Shown: positions 42,525-55,428, counted from the first letter of the whole stretch. The stretch is DNA of 63,575 nucleotides, filler included, from Collodictyon triciliatum (GCA_043381765.1; 11 parts of 11 records of this genome joined end to end with filler, not necessarily neighbours in it); one strand, 5' to 3'. Notes: generated from the sequence alone by a model not told the origin. Program-made: numbers and translations.

Positions 42525-44141
42525 TTATTTGTGCGATTTAAATAAAAGAACGGATTAAAAAAAATTCATTATGATAAACAATAAAAAAAAAAATATCTGT
42601 TGGACACTTCTCTATAAGTTGTGGGGAATTATACAATATAGTAGTTCATCCAGTTTGAATCGTATAAAGCTGGATAAATTATTTCCCCGCCTTTTGACAT
42701 GGAAGCAGGTATGTCTGTGCTAATACAATAAGCACCATCTGTTTTGGTTTGGTTTAGGTTTTGGTTTGTGGTGTTTACTTCACGGAAAAAAGAAGAGAAA
42801 AAGAGACAGTTTTCAACTCTGGTGTTTATGGTAAATTACAGTACCTTGGACAGAAACGACGGCGTTGAGCAAAGGAATCCATTCACCGTTAGCGTGATTA
42901 CTGCAAAATGAAGGGAAGACATTATTCCACTTTTTGATAAATTATCTGTTGCATTCTTTAATGTTTATCCCTTGGTTCGGTATAAACCTCACCGGAACAC
43001 AAAATGAGGCTGAGTAAACGAGTGTTCGATTGGTATATCCTTTCTTGGTGAAGCGCAAACAGTAATATTTGTAAGTCCATTGCCGCCTCTTTTGTACCAA
43101 TATGAGTTAATTAAGAGGAATCTGGTTCATTTTTCATAAAATGATATTTTTTTTTATCAACTCATAGATAGGTTTATACCGAAACTCGATTCCATCACCA
43201 ATCAATTGCCCGACAAAGTAGTCCTCATATTTGATTACAGCATATTCATTTTGTATTTTCTTGATTTTGAATAATGACGATATGTTAGACAGTGGTTATG
43301 CTGCTTCATTATTACCAACATATAACTATGATTCAATTAAGAAACAATCTACAATGTACCTGTCCACTCCCAGTTAGCTGGTCGGATGATAATGAATCAG
43401 ATGGGTTACGGCGGTATTGTGAGGCAGAATGGAGTATTATTTCCACATTTATGCAAACAAGGTCTTTTGGAACACCCCTAGAAGATATGATTATCTCAAA
43501 TGGTCCAGTCTAAAAGATAAACATTTGTTTTAATCGCTTAGTTAAAAAAAAAAAGGACGAGTAAAATAATATATGCATGGTAATTGTCTGTGCAGAAAGT
43601 ATACAAATAGATATGGACACTAAATGTATTATTTATTATATTTTTTTTTTTGAAAAGAGAGAGGGGAAAAAAAAGGCAGATGCATAAATTTAAGAAATTC
43701 ATTTATTCTACAAAGTGAAAGACCTTTAACCAATCAGATATTCCATGACAGAAACGTTGGATTCCAACAGACACATCTCTCACAGAGTTGCTATAGCAAG
43801 TAGACGGACCTCCAGTGTCTGTGCAATCACACGAATAGTAACCCAGTGATGATGCGATTGGGTTAAACCTTTTAAAGCGATTTTTGGTGAATAAGTCAGT
43901 TAATGTTTAAAAAAAAAATCGAGAAAACAAGAAAATAACAGAGAATGACGAAACGCATGCAATATACCTGCACAAGCTTTCAGTCCGAAAAGCGTTTGCA
44001 AAAAAGGAAACAATGGCGGACTCAACCACTTCATAAACTTTTCGTTGGTTGATTGTAGGAACATATCGGTTGACTGAGGTGAAAGCCTTTTCTTTCCAGC
44101 TATGATAAGTCTCGTTAAAATCGGCCACATCACAGTTGCGC
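40871..44141 (-). CDS. THH1/TOM1/TOM3 (GPR137-like) multi-pass membrane protein with large Cys-containing N-terminal region, 5'-truncated
   Basis: SIVRVAFF...FLYDFPVAVYFGMFSILLFFW and ALSGLVAVGYLYYGIKV match the TOM1/GPR137 pattern. The upstream exons were only partly traced. Confidence 0.65.
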
Positions 44142-44463
44142 CTTCAACCAGAATGATACAAAACTTTATAAAATCTTTCATAATAAATTTTTAAAAAAAA
44201 AGTTGGTAGAAAATCAACTATCATTTGTCCTTTGATAATTGTTTCAGTTTACTGGAAACGTCATGACACATTTCGTTTGTATGTACAAAAAAAAAAAAAA
44301 AAAAAAGAAAAAAAAATTTTTTTTTATTATAATTTTTTTTTTTTTTTTTTTAACACACACAGANNNNNNNNNNNNNNNNNNNNNNNNNNNNNNNNNNNNN
44401 NNNNNNNTTAATTAATTAANNNNNNNNNNNNNNNNNNNNNNNNNNNNNNNNNNNNNNNNNNNN

Positions 44464-45706
44464 ATGATTACCTCAGCAGAATGAAACCAAAAATCTGTTT
44501 AACACAGGAATTATGCCTCACAAATGTTCTTATTGCGATGTAAGGCTTTTTTAAGACGAATCAGTATCGATATTTTGTTCGAATGGGAAGATTCATCCAC
44601 CATTTATTGAACCACCGCCTGAATCCATCAGCTTTATTTGACGGAGATTTTGATTCACCTCAGCAATTTCTAAAATATATAAGCTAGAAAGAACTGATAT
44701 CAAATGAATCCAGTTAGGGCATCGAAGGAAATAATTGAAACATTTTTAACACTTCCTTCAAAATTCATGACAAAGAATATCATTTCTTGGGGTCTCTCCT
44801 TTTGTCGACGAATAAAAGTCCAAAATTTCTTGAAATACACATTTTTTTGGGATGAACATGGACAAGGTATGTTGAAGTACAAGATTCCGAAGCTTGGATT
44901 GGAAAATAATTCTTCACATCAAAGATTTACTGCACAAAATAATAAATTGGCACATGTCTTTAAAATGGCCCAAGAAATGTCGAATATCAATGAGCAAGTA
45001 ATATTAGCATTGAAGCTGACAGAAATGCAGAAGTTGAACACAAAAAGTTTCAATACCCGACTACTAATCAAGTGGCTGCTTCAATGATAGGATAACCCAA
45101 TAGCACAAGAGATATCATTATCAAGACGAATGATGACAGACTTAAAAGAGATATATGCACACATATATATTACGATGCTCTTCAATATCCCATCATATTT
45201 TGAAATGGTCATAATGGCTATCATCTCAATAATTACAAATTCGATTCCAAGAGAAAAACTGGAAGTTTTGGGCAATTTTTTTTTTAAATAAAAAAGGAAC
45301 TTGAAACAAAATTTATGGCTAAATGATTGTGATTAGACAAGCTGAAAATAAAATACCCTTGCTGGTAACAAGGACTTTATTTAACCAGTTCTTGGTGGAC
45401 ATGTATGCATAAGTTGAAGCAGATTTTTTTGTTTAAAAATAATCAAAAGAGCTTAGAGCATAGAATGATGCTCATCTATTAGATTCTGTCTCTTCTGATA
45501 GAAAAATAAAGAATGTTGTTAGAATGGTTATTTTATCTTCTGGGTATGTTGGCGAGCCTATATTCATGTATTTAAAGTTTCATCTCTTTAATATGGAACG
45601 AATTAAAGGGGCTCTCCCATGCGCACAATTTGGTTTGGGTTGAAAATCACATAAAATCAGACAAAATCGATGACATTATATCAGCATAACTCCCGAATGA
45701 GGACGA
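44464..45706 (+). mobile_element. Degenerate Helitron RepHel fragment (stops and frameshifts)
   Basis: Across frames: GIMPHKCSYC...FCSNGKIHPP, PTTNQVAA, RDIIIK...YDALQYPIIF*NGHNGYH, LFNQFLVDMYA*VE, RMVILSSGYVGEP, and the HUH-type motif KGLSHAHNLVW...IDDIISA*LP. Confidence 0.85.
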
Positions 45707-46676
45707 NNNNNNNNNNNNNNNNNNNNNNNNNNNNNNNNNNNNNNNNNNNNNNNNNNNNNNNNNNNNNNNNNNNNNNNNNNNNNNNNNNNNNNNNNNNNNN
45801 NNNNNNNNNNNNNNNNNNNNNNNNNNNNNNNNNNNNNNNNNNNNNNNNNNNNNNNNNNNNNNNNNNNNNNNNNNNNNNNNNNNNNNNNNNNNNNNNNNNN
45901 NNNNNNNNNNNNNNNNNNNNNNNNNNNNNNNNNNNNNNNNNNNNNNNNNNNNNNNNNNNNNNNNNNNNNNNNNNNNNNNNNNNNNNNNNNNNNNNNNNNN
46001 NNNNNNNNNNNNNNNNNNNNNNNNNNNNNNNNNNNNNNNNNNNNNNNNNNNNNNNNNNNNNNNNNNNNNNNNNNNNNNNNNNNNNNNNNNNNNNNNNNNN
46101 NNNNNNNNNNNNNNNNNNNNNNNNNNNNNNNNNNNNNNNNNNNNNNNNNNNNNNNNNNNNNNNNNNNNNNNNNNNNNNNNNNNNNNNNNNNNNNNNNNNN
46201 NNNNNNNNNNNNNNNNNNNNNNNNNNNNNNNNNNNNNNNNNNNNNNNNNNNNNNNNNNNNNNNNNNNNNNNNNNNNNNNNNNNNNNNNNNNNNNNNNNNN
46301 NNNNNNNNNNNNNNNNNNNNNNNNNNNNNNNNNNNNNNNNNNNNNNNNNNNNNNNNNNNNNNNNNNNNNNNNNNNNNNNNNNNNNNNNNNNNNNNNNNNN
46401 NNNNNNNNNNNNNNNNNNNNNNNNNNNNNNNNNNNNNNNNNNNNNNNNNNNNNNNNNNNNNNNNNNNNNNNNNNNNNNNNNNNNNNNNNNNNNNNNNNNN
46501 NNNNNNNNNNNNNNNNNNNNNNNNNNNNNNNNNNNNNNNNNNNNNNNNNNNNNNNNNNNNNNNNNNNNNNNNNNNNNNNNNNNNNNNNNNNNNNNNNNNN
46601 NNNNNNNNNNNNNNNNNNNNNNNNNNNNNNNNNNNNNNNNNNNNNNNNNNNNNNNNNNNNNNNNNNNNNNNNNNNN

Positions 46677-48050
46677 GTTGAGAATCATAAAGCAAGCTTA
46701 TAACATAATAAAAGGACATCCCCTTACAATTAGAGAGCGTCTTGATTTTATATTTTTGATTATTCGTAGTGATTAAGTTGCGGCAGATGTCTTTCAGCTC
46801 CTTCAGCCTTTGGGGATTCAGAAAAGTACCTTTCATGTTGTAGATAAAGGCCGACAGCATCACTCGATTCCACAACCTTACTTTCCCCACGTCCGAGAGA
46901 TGAAAGTTGCTCCACCCTGATATTTTCGACTTGATGTCTTCAACCAGGCTTGTCCATTTGCTATCCAATTGTGGACCGAAGATGATACCAAGATGCTTGA
47001 GTGGATGTGAGAGTGGCTTCCACACAATGTTTCCTGGAAACACAAGTCCGTCCTGAGAACCGAAAAGAATTCCATCTGTTTTTTCGTAGTTGATTTTCCC
47101 GCTGACAGCTCGTGTGTATTCCTGCATGCATTTGTTGGCGAGTGTGGCGCCTTCGTGAGACCGCAAGATGAACTCTGTGTCGTCTGCATATTGAAGTAGC
47201 AGTTGGTTGTGTACCTTGTTTTCGTTTCGGAAGTGGTTTGCAAGGCAAAGTCAGCGACAAAGTTGAAGAGCAGTGGTGCAAGTGGGCAGCCTTGATACAC
47301 CCCGCTCTGTCTTTGAATTGCATCCGTAGGTCCGTGTGCCGTGAGTGCCTTTCTGTTGCATTGTCGTGCAGTTTCTTGATAAGACCGGTCAATCCGGTAC
47401 AGAAGCCTCTTTTGTGTAGGATGGTTTCCAGTGCTTCGTGGTTCACATAGTCGTATGCTTTCTCCAGGTCGTAGAAAATCATAGCACGGTGTACCCCGCT
47501 TACTTGATATTCCATGTACTCCTTATTGTCAATCCAGATGTTTGTGTCGATGTTCCTTCCGTTCATGAAACTAATCTGCTCTTTGGATATGAGTTTGTAA
47601 GCGATGGGTGATATGCGATTTCTGAGTAGCGTCGTAAATATCTTATAGTCGTTATTCAACAGTGATATTGGCCGCCAGTCTGCAAGGTTGCTCGAGTCTC
47701 CTTTCTTTGGTATCAGCCGCACCGTGGCCTCTGTAAATCCTTGCAGTAGGTCGCCACCAGACATGATTCCATTCAGAAAAGCCACCAAGGGTGCCTTGAC
47801 CTCATTAAAGAAAGCAGAGTATATTCCGTTTGGCAACCTATCTGAACCTGGCGCCTTTCCGTTGTGTAGCGACTTGACCGCTTTCCACAATTCGCCTGCA
47901 TCTATTGGTGCTATCATGCTGGCTGCTTACGAGTATGAAGTCTTAGAGCAGTTTGTGGTGATAAGCTCGAGAGTAGCAGCATCATAGTCTTATCTTGACC
48001 ACATATTTGAGAAGAAGTCGTGGGTGTTCTTTTTGTTGTTACGAGGTTAT
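46677..48050 (-). mobile_element. Non-LTR retrotransposon (L1/Tx1-like) reverse transcriptase, frameshifted; 3' part lies in the gap
   Basis: KAPGSD, LIPKKGD...WRPISLLNNDYKI, DLEKAYD, QGCPLAPLLF and YADD (47179-47190) fall in three different frames. Confidence 0.92.
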
Positions 48051-48596
48051 AAATGCTGTATATCTGCAGAGTGTGTGCAGGAAGGATACATGGTCTTTTC
48101 TATTTTTCTTTCCTAGTCCAAAGCACCATTCCTCCATCTGTTCAAGGTCTCGCAAGTATCTCGCTTACATTTTTCATGTTATTTGTGAATATCTTGATTT
48201 TCTATTTAGACTTCAGAGTGATTCATATCGAGCATCTTGGGATATTAATGCTGCTGGCCTGTTATTTATATTTATATATATATATTTGTTGTTGTTGCTA
48301 ACCGAATAAGATTTCTGTGTCATCTCTATTCTTTGATATTATGTGAGTGCATGCCGATGTTAATAAATATCTTAAATCTGGTAGACGCGGATGACTCTAA
48401 CTGTCGCCTGTGTTCGAAAACACAGCTAAACGTCTCCCTAGCAAAAAATGCTTTCCACCTTCCTCATATGAATAAAATAAATAAATAAATAAGTCTGTAA
48501 GCAAGATAATGATGATAGCCTTTCCTCTTTTATTCTATAACTCGACTAGTTCTAGATAAAGTCCTATCCTTTTGCTCTTCTCTCTCCCTACTTTCT

Positions 48597-50549
48597 CTAA
48601 TCTGAGCTTCCATCGAACCGTGCCAGCTGCGTTATCTACCATCCCCGTTTCAAATAATACAGAAAAAAAAAAGAAAGAGGGAAAAAGTACAGCCGTATTT
48701 TACAAAAAAGAAAAATCGTTGCTTTGGTTCTTGATAAAATGAAAAGTAATCAGATATCGATTCTAATCCTTGACTCTTGGGTATCGTGTAATCTGCCTCA
48801 CCTTATTGTTGGCAACATCCAGCATTTCAAGATTGCACAGTCGATCGATGGCGTCGGGGATGGCTGTTATCTGGTTGATGATGCGTCATTCTTTACATCT
48901 TGTTTGATATGACCGATAAGATTACAGTCCTAACAGATTCATGCTCACCGACGGTGTCTCAAGATTCGTGCTTTACCTTGTTGTTGGATAAGTCGAGTTG
49001 CTTTAACAAAGTCAGGCGAAGCACGCACGCAGGAACATCGGTAAGCTATTTTATCAAGATGAGTCCATTTTCTGAGATAAAGTCTCGCCATCAAAGAAAA
49101 TTACGCGGTTTCTCGCAAGACATAAGTAGCTCAAGGTCTGTAGGAGTGTGATGCTCTCAGGTAACGTCCAGAGGCTCATTCTATACAGGCTCAAGCTTTT
49201 GATGAGGATTTGCTGTGCGGTTGGAGTCCATCCTGGCTCTGCTACCGATTCAATCTACACACAAATCCGTCCTTTATTCTTTATTTCCATCTTACATTCA
49301 GCTTTTGTAATGTGACCAAAAGATGAGATTTGTAGAAAATATAGTCGCGCCATCTATATATTGAATGACTTACCGATTCGTAGAGCTGAAGTGCACGAAT
49401 GAGTTTGTACTCACTATGTCCGGTGTTGCTCCAGCACGGTATATTTGTGATGCCAAGCGGAGCCCTCTGAATCGACTGTTGTCCTCTGCCTTTTATCCAA
49501 AGCTCTTTGAGATTGGTGAGCTCTGCAATTTGCTGTGGAAGCTCTTCTATCTACAGGCAATTTTTTTTTATGGAGAGTCTCTTCTGATATCTACTATGAT
49601 TATATTTTAAACTAACCGGAGTAGCATCTACATTTAAACTCAAGAGCCCAGTCAGGCAGGAGATTTGTGGAGGCAATAATGGCAACTGATTATAACTGAG
49701 CTTAAGACATGTAATACCAGTCCAATGCAGTATTTCTGGGGGTAGTGATGATAGTTGGTTGCCACGAACATCAATATCTTTGAGATTGGTCAAGCACGAT
49801 ATTTCTTGTGGAAGCGATGACAATTGATTATTACACACATCAACACATGTGATAGCTGACAAACATGATATTTCTTGTGGAAGTGATGAAAATTGATTAT
49901 AGCTAATATCGAGAAGTGTGAGACCAGTCAAACATGATATTTCTGGTGGAAGCGATGATGATTGATTGTAACTCGCATCAAGGCATGTGAGACCAGTCAA
50001 GCACGATATTTCTGGGGGCAATAACGACATCTTATTGTTGTGTACAGCTAGATACATGAGACCAGTCAAACAAGAAATTTCTAATGGCAGCGAAGAGAGT
50101 TTATTGTCACTAATATCAATGTATGAAAGGCCAACCAAGCATGAGATTCCTGAAGGTAGCATTGAAAGCCTATTGTTGTGGACACACAGATATGTAAGAC
50201 CAGTCAAACATGATATTTCTGGTGGAAGCGATGACAATTGATTAGAAGTGACAGCAAGGTGTATAAGGCCGGTCAAACACGATATTTCTTGTGGGAGCGA
50301 AGACAACTGATTGTAGTTTGCATCGAGATGTGAGAGACCAGTCACACGCGATATTTCTGGAGGGAGCGAAGACAGTGAATTCAGGTAAAGTTCCAGCCGA
50401 ACCAAACGGTCCAACTCAAAGACAGCGAGAGGAACCGATATCATACTCCTTTCTCGAAGATTCAGCAAGGTGCGGGCTTTAAGAGTTTCGACATCCTCAT
50501 CCCCTGTGATTTTCAGCAGCTTCTCTAAAAGCGCGTTGTGGTCGGACAT
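48597..50549 (-). CDS. LRR protein related to the Roco LRR modules (last exon tentative)
   Basis: Exon 1 (49617-50549) holds about 12 repeats of 23 aa, xLxLxxNQLSSLPPEISCLTGL. It is followed by a cap exon (49374-49550), exon 49105-49254, and 69-nt exons at 48977-49045 and 48802-48870, all phase 0. Confidence 0.85.
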
Positions 50550-50847
50550 CCAAGGAAAGGGGCAGTGGAGTCGGTTTGGGCGGATTCCGAGGCTGTGAGG
50601 GCGAGTGTACTGAGTTGTGTCTTTTGTGTCTTTTGTGTCTTTTGTGTCTTTTGTGTCTTTTGTGTCTTTTGTGTCTTTTGTGTCTTTTGTGTCTTTTGTG
50701 TCTTTTGTGTCTTNNNNNNNNNNNNNNNNNNNNNNNNNNNNNNNNNNNNNNNNNNNNTTAATTAATTAANNNNNNNNNNNNNNNNNNNNNNNNNNNNNNN
50801 NNNNNNNNNNNNNAAAAGGAACAAAAAAAAAAAAAAAAAAAAAAAAA

Positions 50848-50886
<39 letters not shown>

Positions 50887-51324
50887 AATATACGTATTTC
50901 GCTTGATGTACCAGTCATATCTTTTGTTGCCATTATTTCTTTGTGGTCTCTTTGTCAGTTGTGTTGTAATTTCCAGAAGTGGAAGTAATGTTGCGAATAG
51001 AACCCAAATGGGGCGGCAAGGAAGGCGAGAATGGTAAACATGGCTGTCGGAGCGAACAGGAATAATGCAGAGAAGCGGAGGAAATGGAAAGGGAGAATAA
51101 AATACGATCGGCGTGTGCCGAAGCAGTTGCGCAGTGAGAAGGTCGACCGTTGTCATTTGAGAATCTTTCGTAACAAGGGCTTTCTTTTCCTTTTATTTTT
51201 ATTTGATCTTGATATATGGAGGCGAAGAGGCCTTGTCTTGTGGGTCGAGCGATATTTTGGAAGGGAAGGATTTGTATGGCACTTTTCTTTCTTTTCTTTC
51301 TTTTCTTTCTTTTCTTTCTTTTCT

Positions 51325-51392
<68 letters not shown>

Positions 51393-51769
51393 TTTGTTTT
51401 TGCATGGTATCAGTACATTTATCAATGTTGGCTTTTGATACCATGGTTGTATCGCGATGTTAGTTTTAAATAAAATAACTACTAAGAAGAAAAAAAATAT
51501 GCATATATCACTCTCAAGTGGCAATCGTATCTTCGTTGAAACATGACATCCGTTCAGATCGTCAACCGAGACCTGCCTGCAATGTTAATCTTTAAATATT
51601 GTGCTTAAAAAACTCATTAATTCGTTTTAATTAATGTTTACACAAGGCTGAAAAAAAAAAAAGAAAACAAATATGTGCAGAAGGAAGTATACTCTTTAAC
51701 CCCATATAATTCTTCCCACTAGTTATACTTATTGATTATCTTTTTAATTCTTTTATATGCGTGCAACAG

Positions 51770-54527
51770 TGCAGTCGAAGATGTTGATCATGTGGATACG
51801 CACTCCAAACTCCAATCCCACATAATTGCAAGCTACCTTCCGAGACATGTAGTAAGTGAGCTACGCAACGGACAAGCTATCTCCCGGAAGGAGGAGCAGG
51901 TTCACACAGGTTTTCTTTATTTACAAACTAATTAATTGTAGAGATTCCAAAGAAGACCATAGGCTCATGGCTTTAGCATATTTTCTCACTCCCTAATCAC
52001 TCCAGTTTTTATCCTTTTGTTACTTATATATAAAAAAAGTATATTGTAATTCTTTGAAATTTTTTGTTAAAATATCCATTTCGTTTATTTCCTCTAGTAT
52101 GTTTATTAGCGTGTCTTTTTATCTAGTGTCTTATGATATTTGCATTTTTATACAGTTGTGGTTTTCATGGACATCAGTGGGTTTACTCGCCTTAGCGAGA
52201 CCCTTCAAAAACAAGGGCCTTCTGGAATAGAGACTCTCACAAAGTTTGTATTCTGTATTGGATTTTCTATGGGTTGTATGTTCATTTTTTCCAGTAAGAT
52301 TGTCATCAGAAATATCTTTATAGTCACTTAAACTACTACTTTGGCTCTTTAATCGAGACCATTGATGACTTTGGAGGAGATGGTTTGTTTTCAAGTTGTG
52401 AATTTTTTATCATGATAAATTAAAAAGATTCATTATACTGTTATTGAAAATAATTAGTATTGATTTCTCTTTAACGAAACGTTCTCATGAAAAATTATAA
52501 AAACCTAGATAACTTATTTACAATTTTATAGTCATCAAGATTGCTGGTGATGCCCTTATGGTCATGTGGAAAATTGTTAAAGATTCATGTGAAAACCATC
52601 CGTTTGGTACGGCAAACCAAATGTCAAATAGGTTCGAACATGTGGACGTGCCAACAGCCTTGGTAAAAGCTATTCAGTGCTGCATGAAATGCATAGACAT
52701 CAACCAATCGTACACGTTTGATGCGTTGGCTATGCCTTCCTCCGATCGCACTGGACGTAGGTCGTCCGAAACCCGTGCGAGTTTAATTTCATCTCATCAG
52801 AAAAAACTTACGGAAGCAAAACTACAGTTGCATTGTGCCATTGTGGCTGGAAATTTTGCAGGTGTGCATTGCGGAGGTTTGCTTCTTGATTGTTCTGGAT
52901 TTTTGTCTCATGTCAATATTTCTCTGTAATAATTTTCCATTTTGCAGTCCGCCCTTTTAATTATTTGAATATATCTAGGTTTTCATGATCAATGGGAATT
53001 TCTATTATGTGCTGAAGAACTTTTCAAAGAGATGAAAATCACGCTTGGAGAATCGAAGCCAGGAGAGATAGTTCTAGGTCAAAGTCTTTTACAATACTTT
53101 TCTATAATGACAGACAAAAGTAAATTCACGAACGACTATGAGGTATGGCAGTCATTTTAGAAATTTATTATTCTTATACAATCTATCACCTATATTTTCT
53201 GTTATTTTATGGATTAAAAGACATATTTACAGTATTTATTTATTTTTTTGAAAAATCAAAATCCCTTTAATATCATATCACAGGCATCAGAGATATCGGA
53301 CTGTCATATGCGAATAATACCAAAAATAAATGTGCATAAAGCGAAGCTGATAGGTGTTATAAGTTTTATCAAACCACTCGTATTCTTTCTCGTGTATAGC
53401 AGGATTCATTTTCGAATTGTGAAGTTTATAAAATAATTACCAAATGAATTTTTCACATATATTTATTGTATTTAAAGTAGAAATGAATGCCCCATCGAAC
53501 CCAAGACTGTTGGAAAATGTTGTATCTCCGCCCGAATCATCCCAAAAACGCAAAGATTCTCAACAACAGTCCATGAAAGCCCAACAATTTAAGGTTTTTA
53601 TTCATTCGGCAGACCTACTATTCCCATATTTATCTTTTGATTTATCGGTTGAAAACATGTATGTTTTTTTTTAAAAAAAAAAAAAAAACTCTATAGTTTT
53701 GGGTTGACACAATTGACTTTTCTCCAACCGCAACAAAATTGATGGTCGGGTATACTCAGACAGTTGTCAAGCAAAGGGTAACTCAAGGTCATAAGAGTTG
53801 CATGGCCGAAGTTCGAAAATGCTCCATTTTATTTGTAAGATTATAGTGCTTACCCAAATATTTGGTCTCTTCGTTCTGAAATTCGTATTGCATGAGTTTG
53901 CTGAATTTTCTTCATGTATGCATAGATTGGATTCAATAACCTGGTATTTGAAGGCGGATTTCTTGGGACTCTTCAGGATATTATATTCATAATACAGTCC
54001 GTTGTATTACCAACAGAGGGCTTTATTCGCCAATTTTTGATGGTTTGTCTTTTCCTTTTTCATACATCATACCTGAAATGTTATAATTTAAATAAGAAAA
54101 TGTGGATTTTTTTGTATTATTTTGAACTGAATCTAAAGAGATTTGTTCCTCTAGGATGATAAAGGTTGTGTACTCATCGCTGCGTATGGCTTGCCTGGAA
54201 TGTTTCATGAAGGTCTTGTGATAAACGATTCGACATATCACATCTTTACTGACTTTCTCAACTTTGACTGTCTCTGTTCATGTCACCAACAATGATTGAA
54301 TTATATTCATTTAGATGATTCACTAAGATGCGTCCAGGCTGCTATTAACATTCATAAGAGACTGCTTTCGTCGAGTATGTCGGACTCTATCGCATCAAAC
54401 GATAACACTTGAAATAGCTTACCGTCTTGTTCCATAGATATCAGTACGTCGATGGGATGCACTACTGGTAAAGTGTATTGCGGTGAAGTCGGAAGCAAAA
54501 TTAGACGTGAATACGCCATGGTTGGGG
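51770..54527 (+). CDS. Soluble adenylyl cyclase (ADCY10-like), both catalytic domains; start unclear, 3'-truncated
   Basis: ASYLP, FMDISGFTRLSE, GGDVIKIAGDA, LHCAI, RQFLM|DDKG...YGLPG and GCTTGKVYCGEVG...RREYAMVG. Confidence 0.92.
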
Positions 54528-54533
54528 GTTCGT

Positions 54534-54572
<39 letters not shown>

Positions 54573-54684
54573 CCAATAATTATTNNNNNNNNNNNNNNNN
54601 NNNNNNNNNNNNNNNNNNNNNNNNNNNNTTAATTAATTAANNNNNNNNNNNNNNNNNNNNNNNNNNNNNNNNNNNNNNNNNNNN

Positions 54685-55180
54685 GTTATGAGTCCCAGTC
54701 CTCCCTCCGTAGGTGGCTTAGAGAGCGTCTTGATTTTATATTTTTGATTATTCGTAGTGATGAAGTTGCGGCAGATGTCTTCCAGCTCCTTCAGCCTCTG
54801 GAGACTCAGCAAAGTGCCTTTCGTGTTGTAGATAAGGGTCGACAGCATCACTTGGTTCCACAACCTTACTTTCCCCACGTCCGAGAGATGAAAGTTGCTC
54901 CACACTGATATATTCGACTTGACGTCCTCAGCCAGGCTTGTCCATTTGTTATCTGATTGTGGACCGAAGATGATGCCAGGATAGTTGAGTGGATGTGACG
55001 GTGGCGTCCACACAATATTCCCTGGAAACATAAGTCCATCATGAAACCCAAAAAGAATTCCATCTGTCTTGTCGCAGTTGATTTTTCCCACCAAGAGCAT
55101 GTGTGTATTCTTGCATGCATTTTTGGCGAGTGTGGCGCCTTCGGGAGACCGCAAGATGAATGCTGTGTCGTCCGAATATG
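54685..55180 (-). mobile_element. Second, 5'-truncated copy of the same LINE (RT C-terminal part)
   Basis: Aligns by eye with 46730-47190. It begins at YSDD and includes SNFHLSDVGKVRLWN and KPPTEGGLGL. Confidence 0.9.
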
Positions 55181-55372
55181 TTTATTTCCAATGCGAAAAC
55201 AGCAGGAAATATCAAACTCATCACGAATAAGCATGCAAGATATGTCTAAATTATTGATGAGATAGGGATAAACGAAGTTCAAAGCTTGAGGATTTATTAG
55301 TTACGAAGATACTTTGACAGATGTATGAATTACCACACACAATTATTTTTCTTGCACCAACGAACTCTTAAT

Positions 55373-55428
55373 AGTGCACCTTATTTCTGAATCGAATAAA
55401 GGAAAAAAAAGAGTACACCTTATTTCTG
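55373..55428 (+). mobile_element. Family A micro-insertion AATCGAATAAAGGA(n) with 17-bp TSD
   Basis: Flanks AGTGCACCTTATTTCTG and AGTACACCTTATTTCTG differ by one mismatch. Confidence 0.8.

Noticed and set aside
45670-46776. Long ORFs spanning N gaps (also 59645-60515)
   Set aside because: Their length comes from Ns translated as X.
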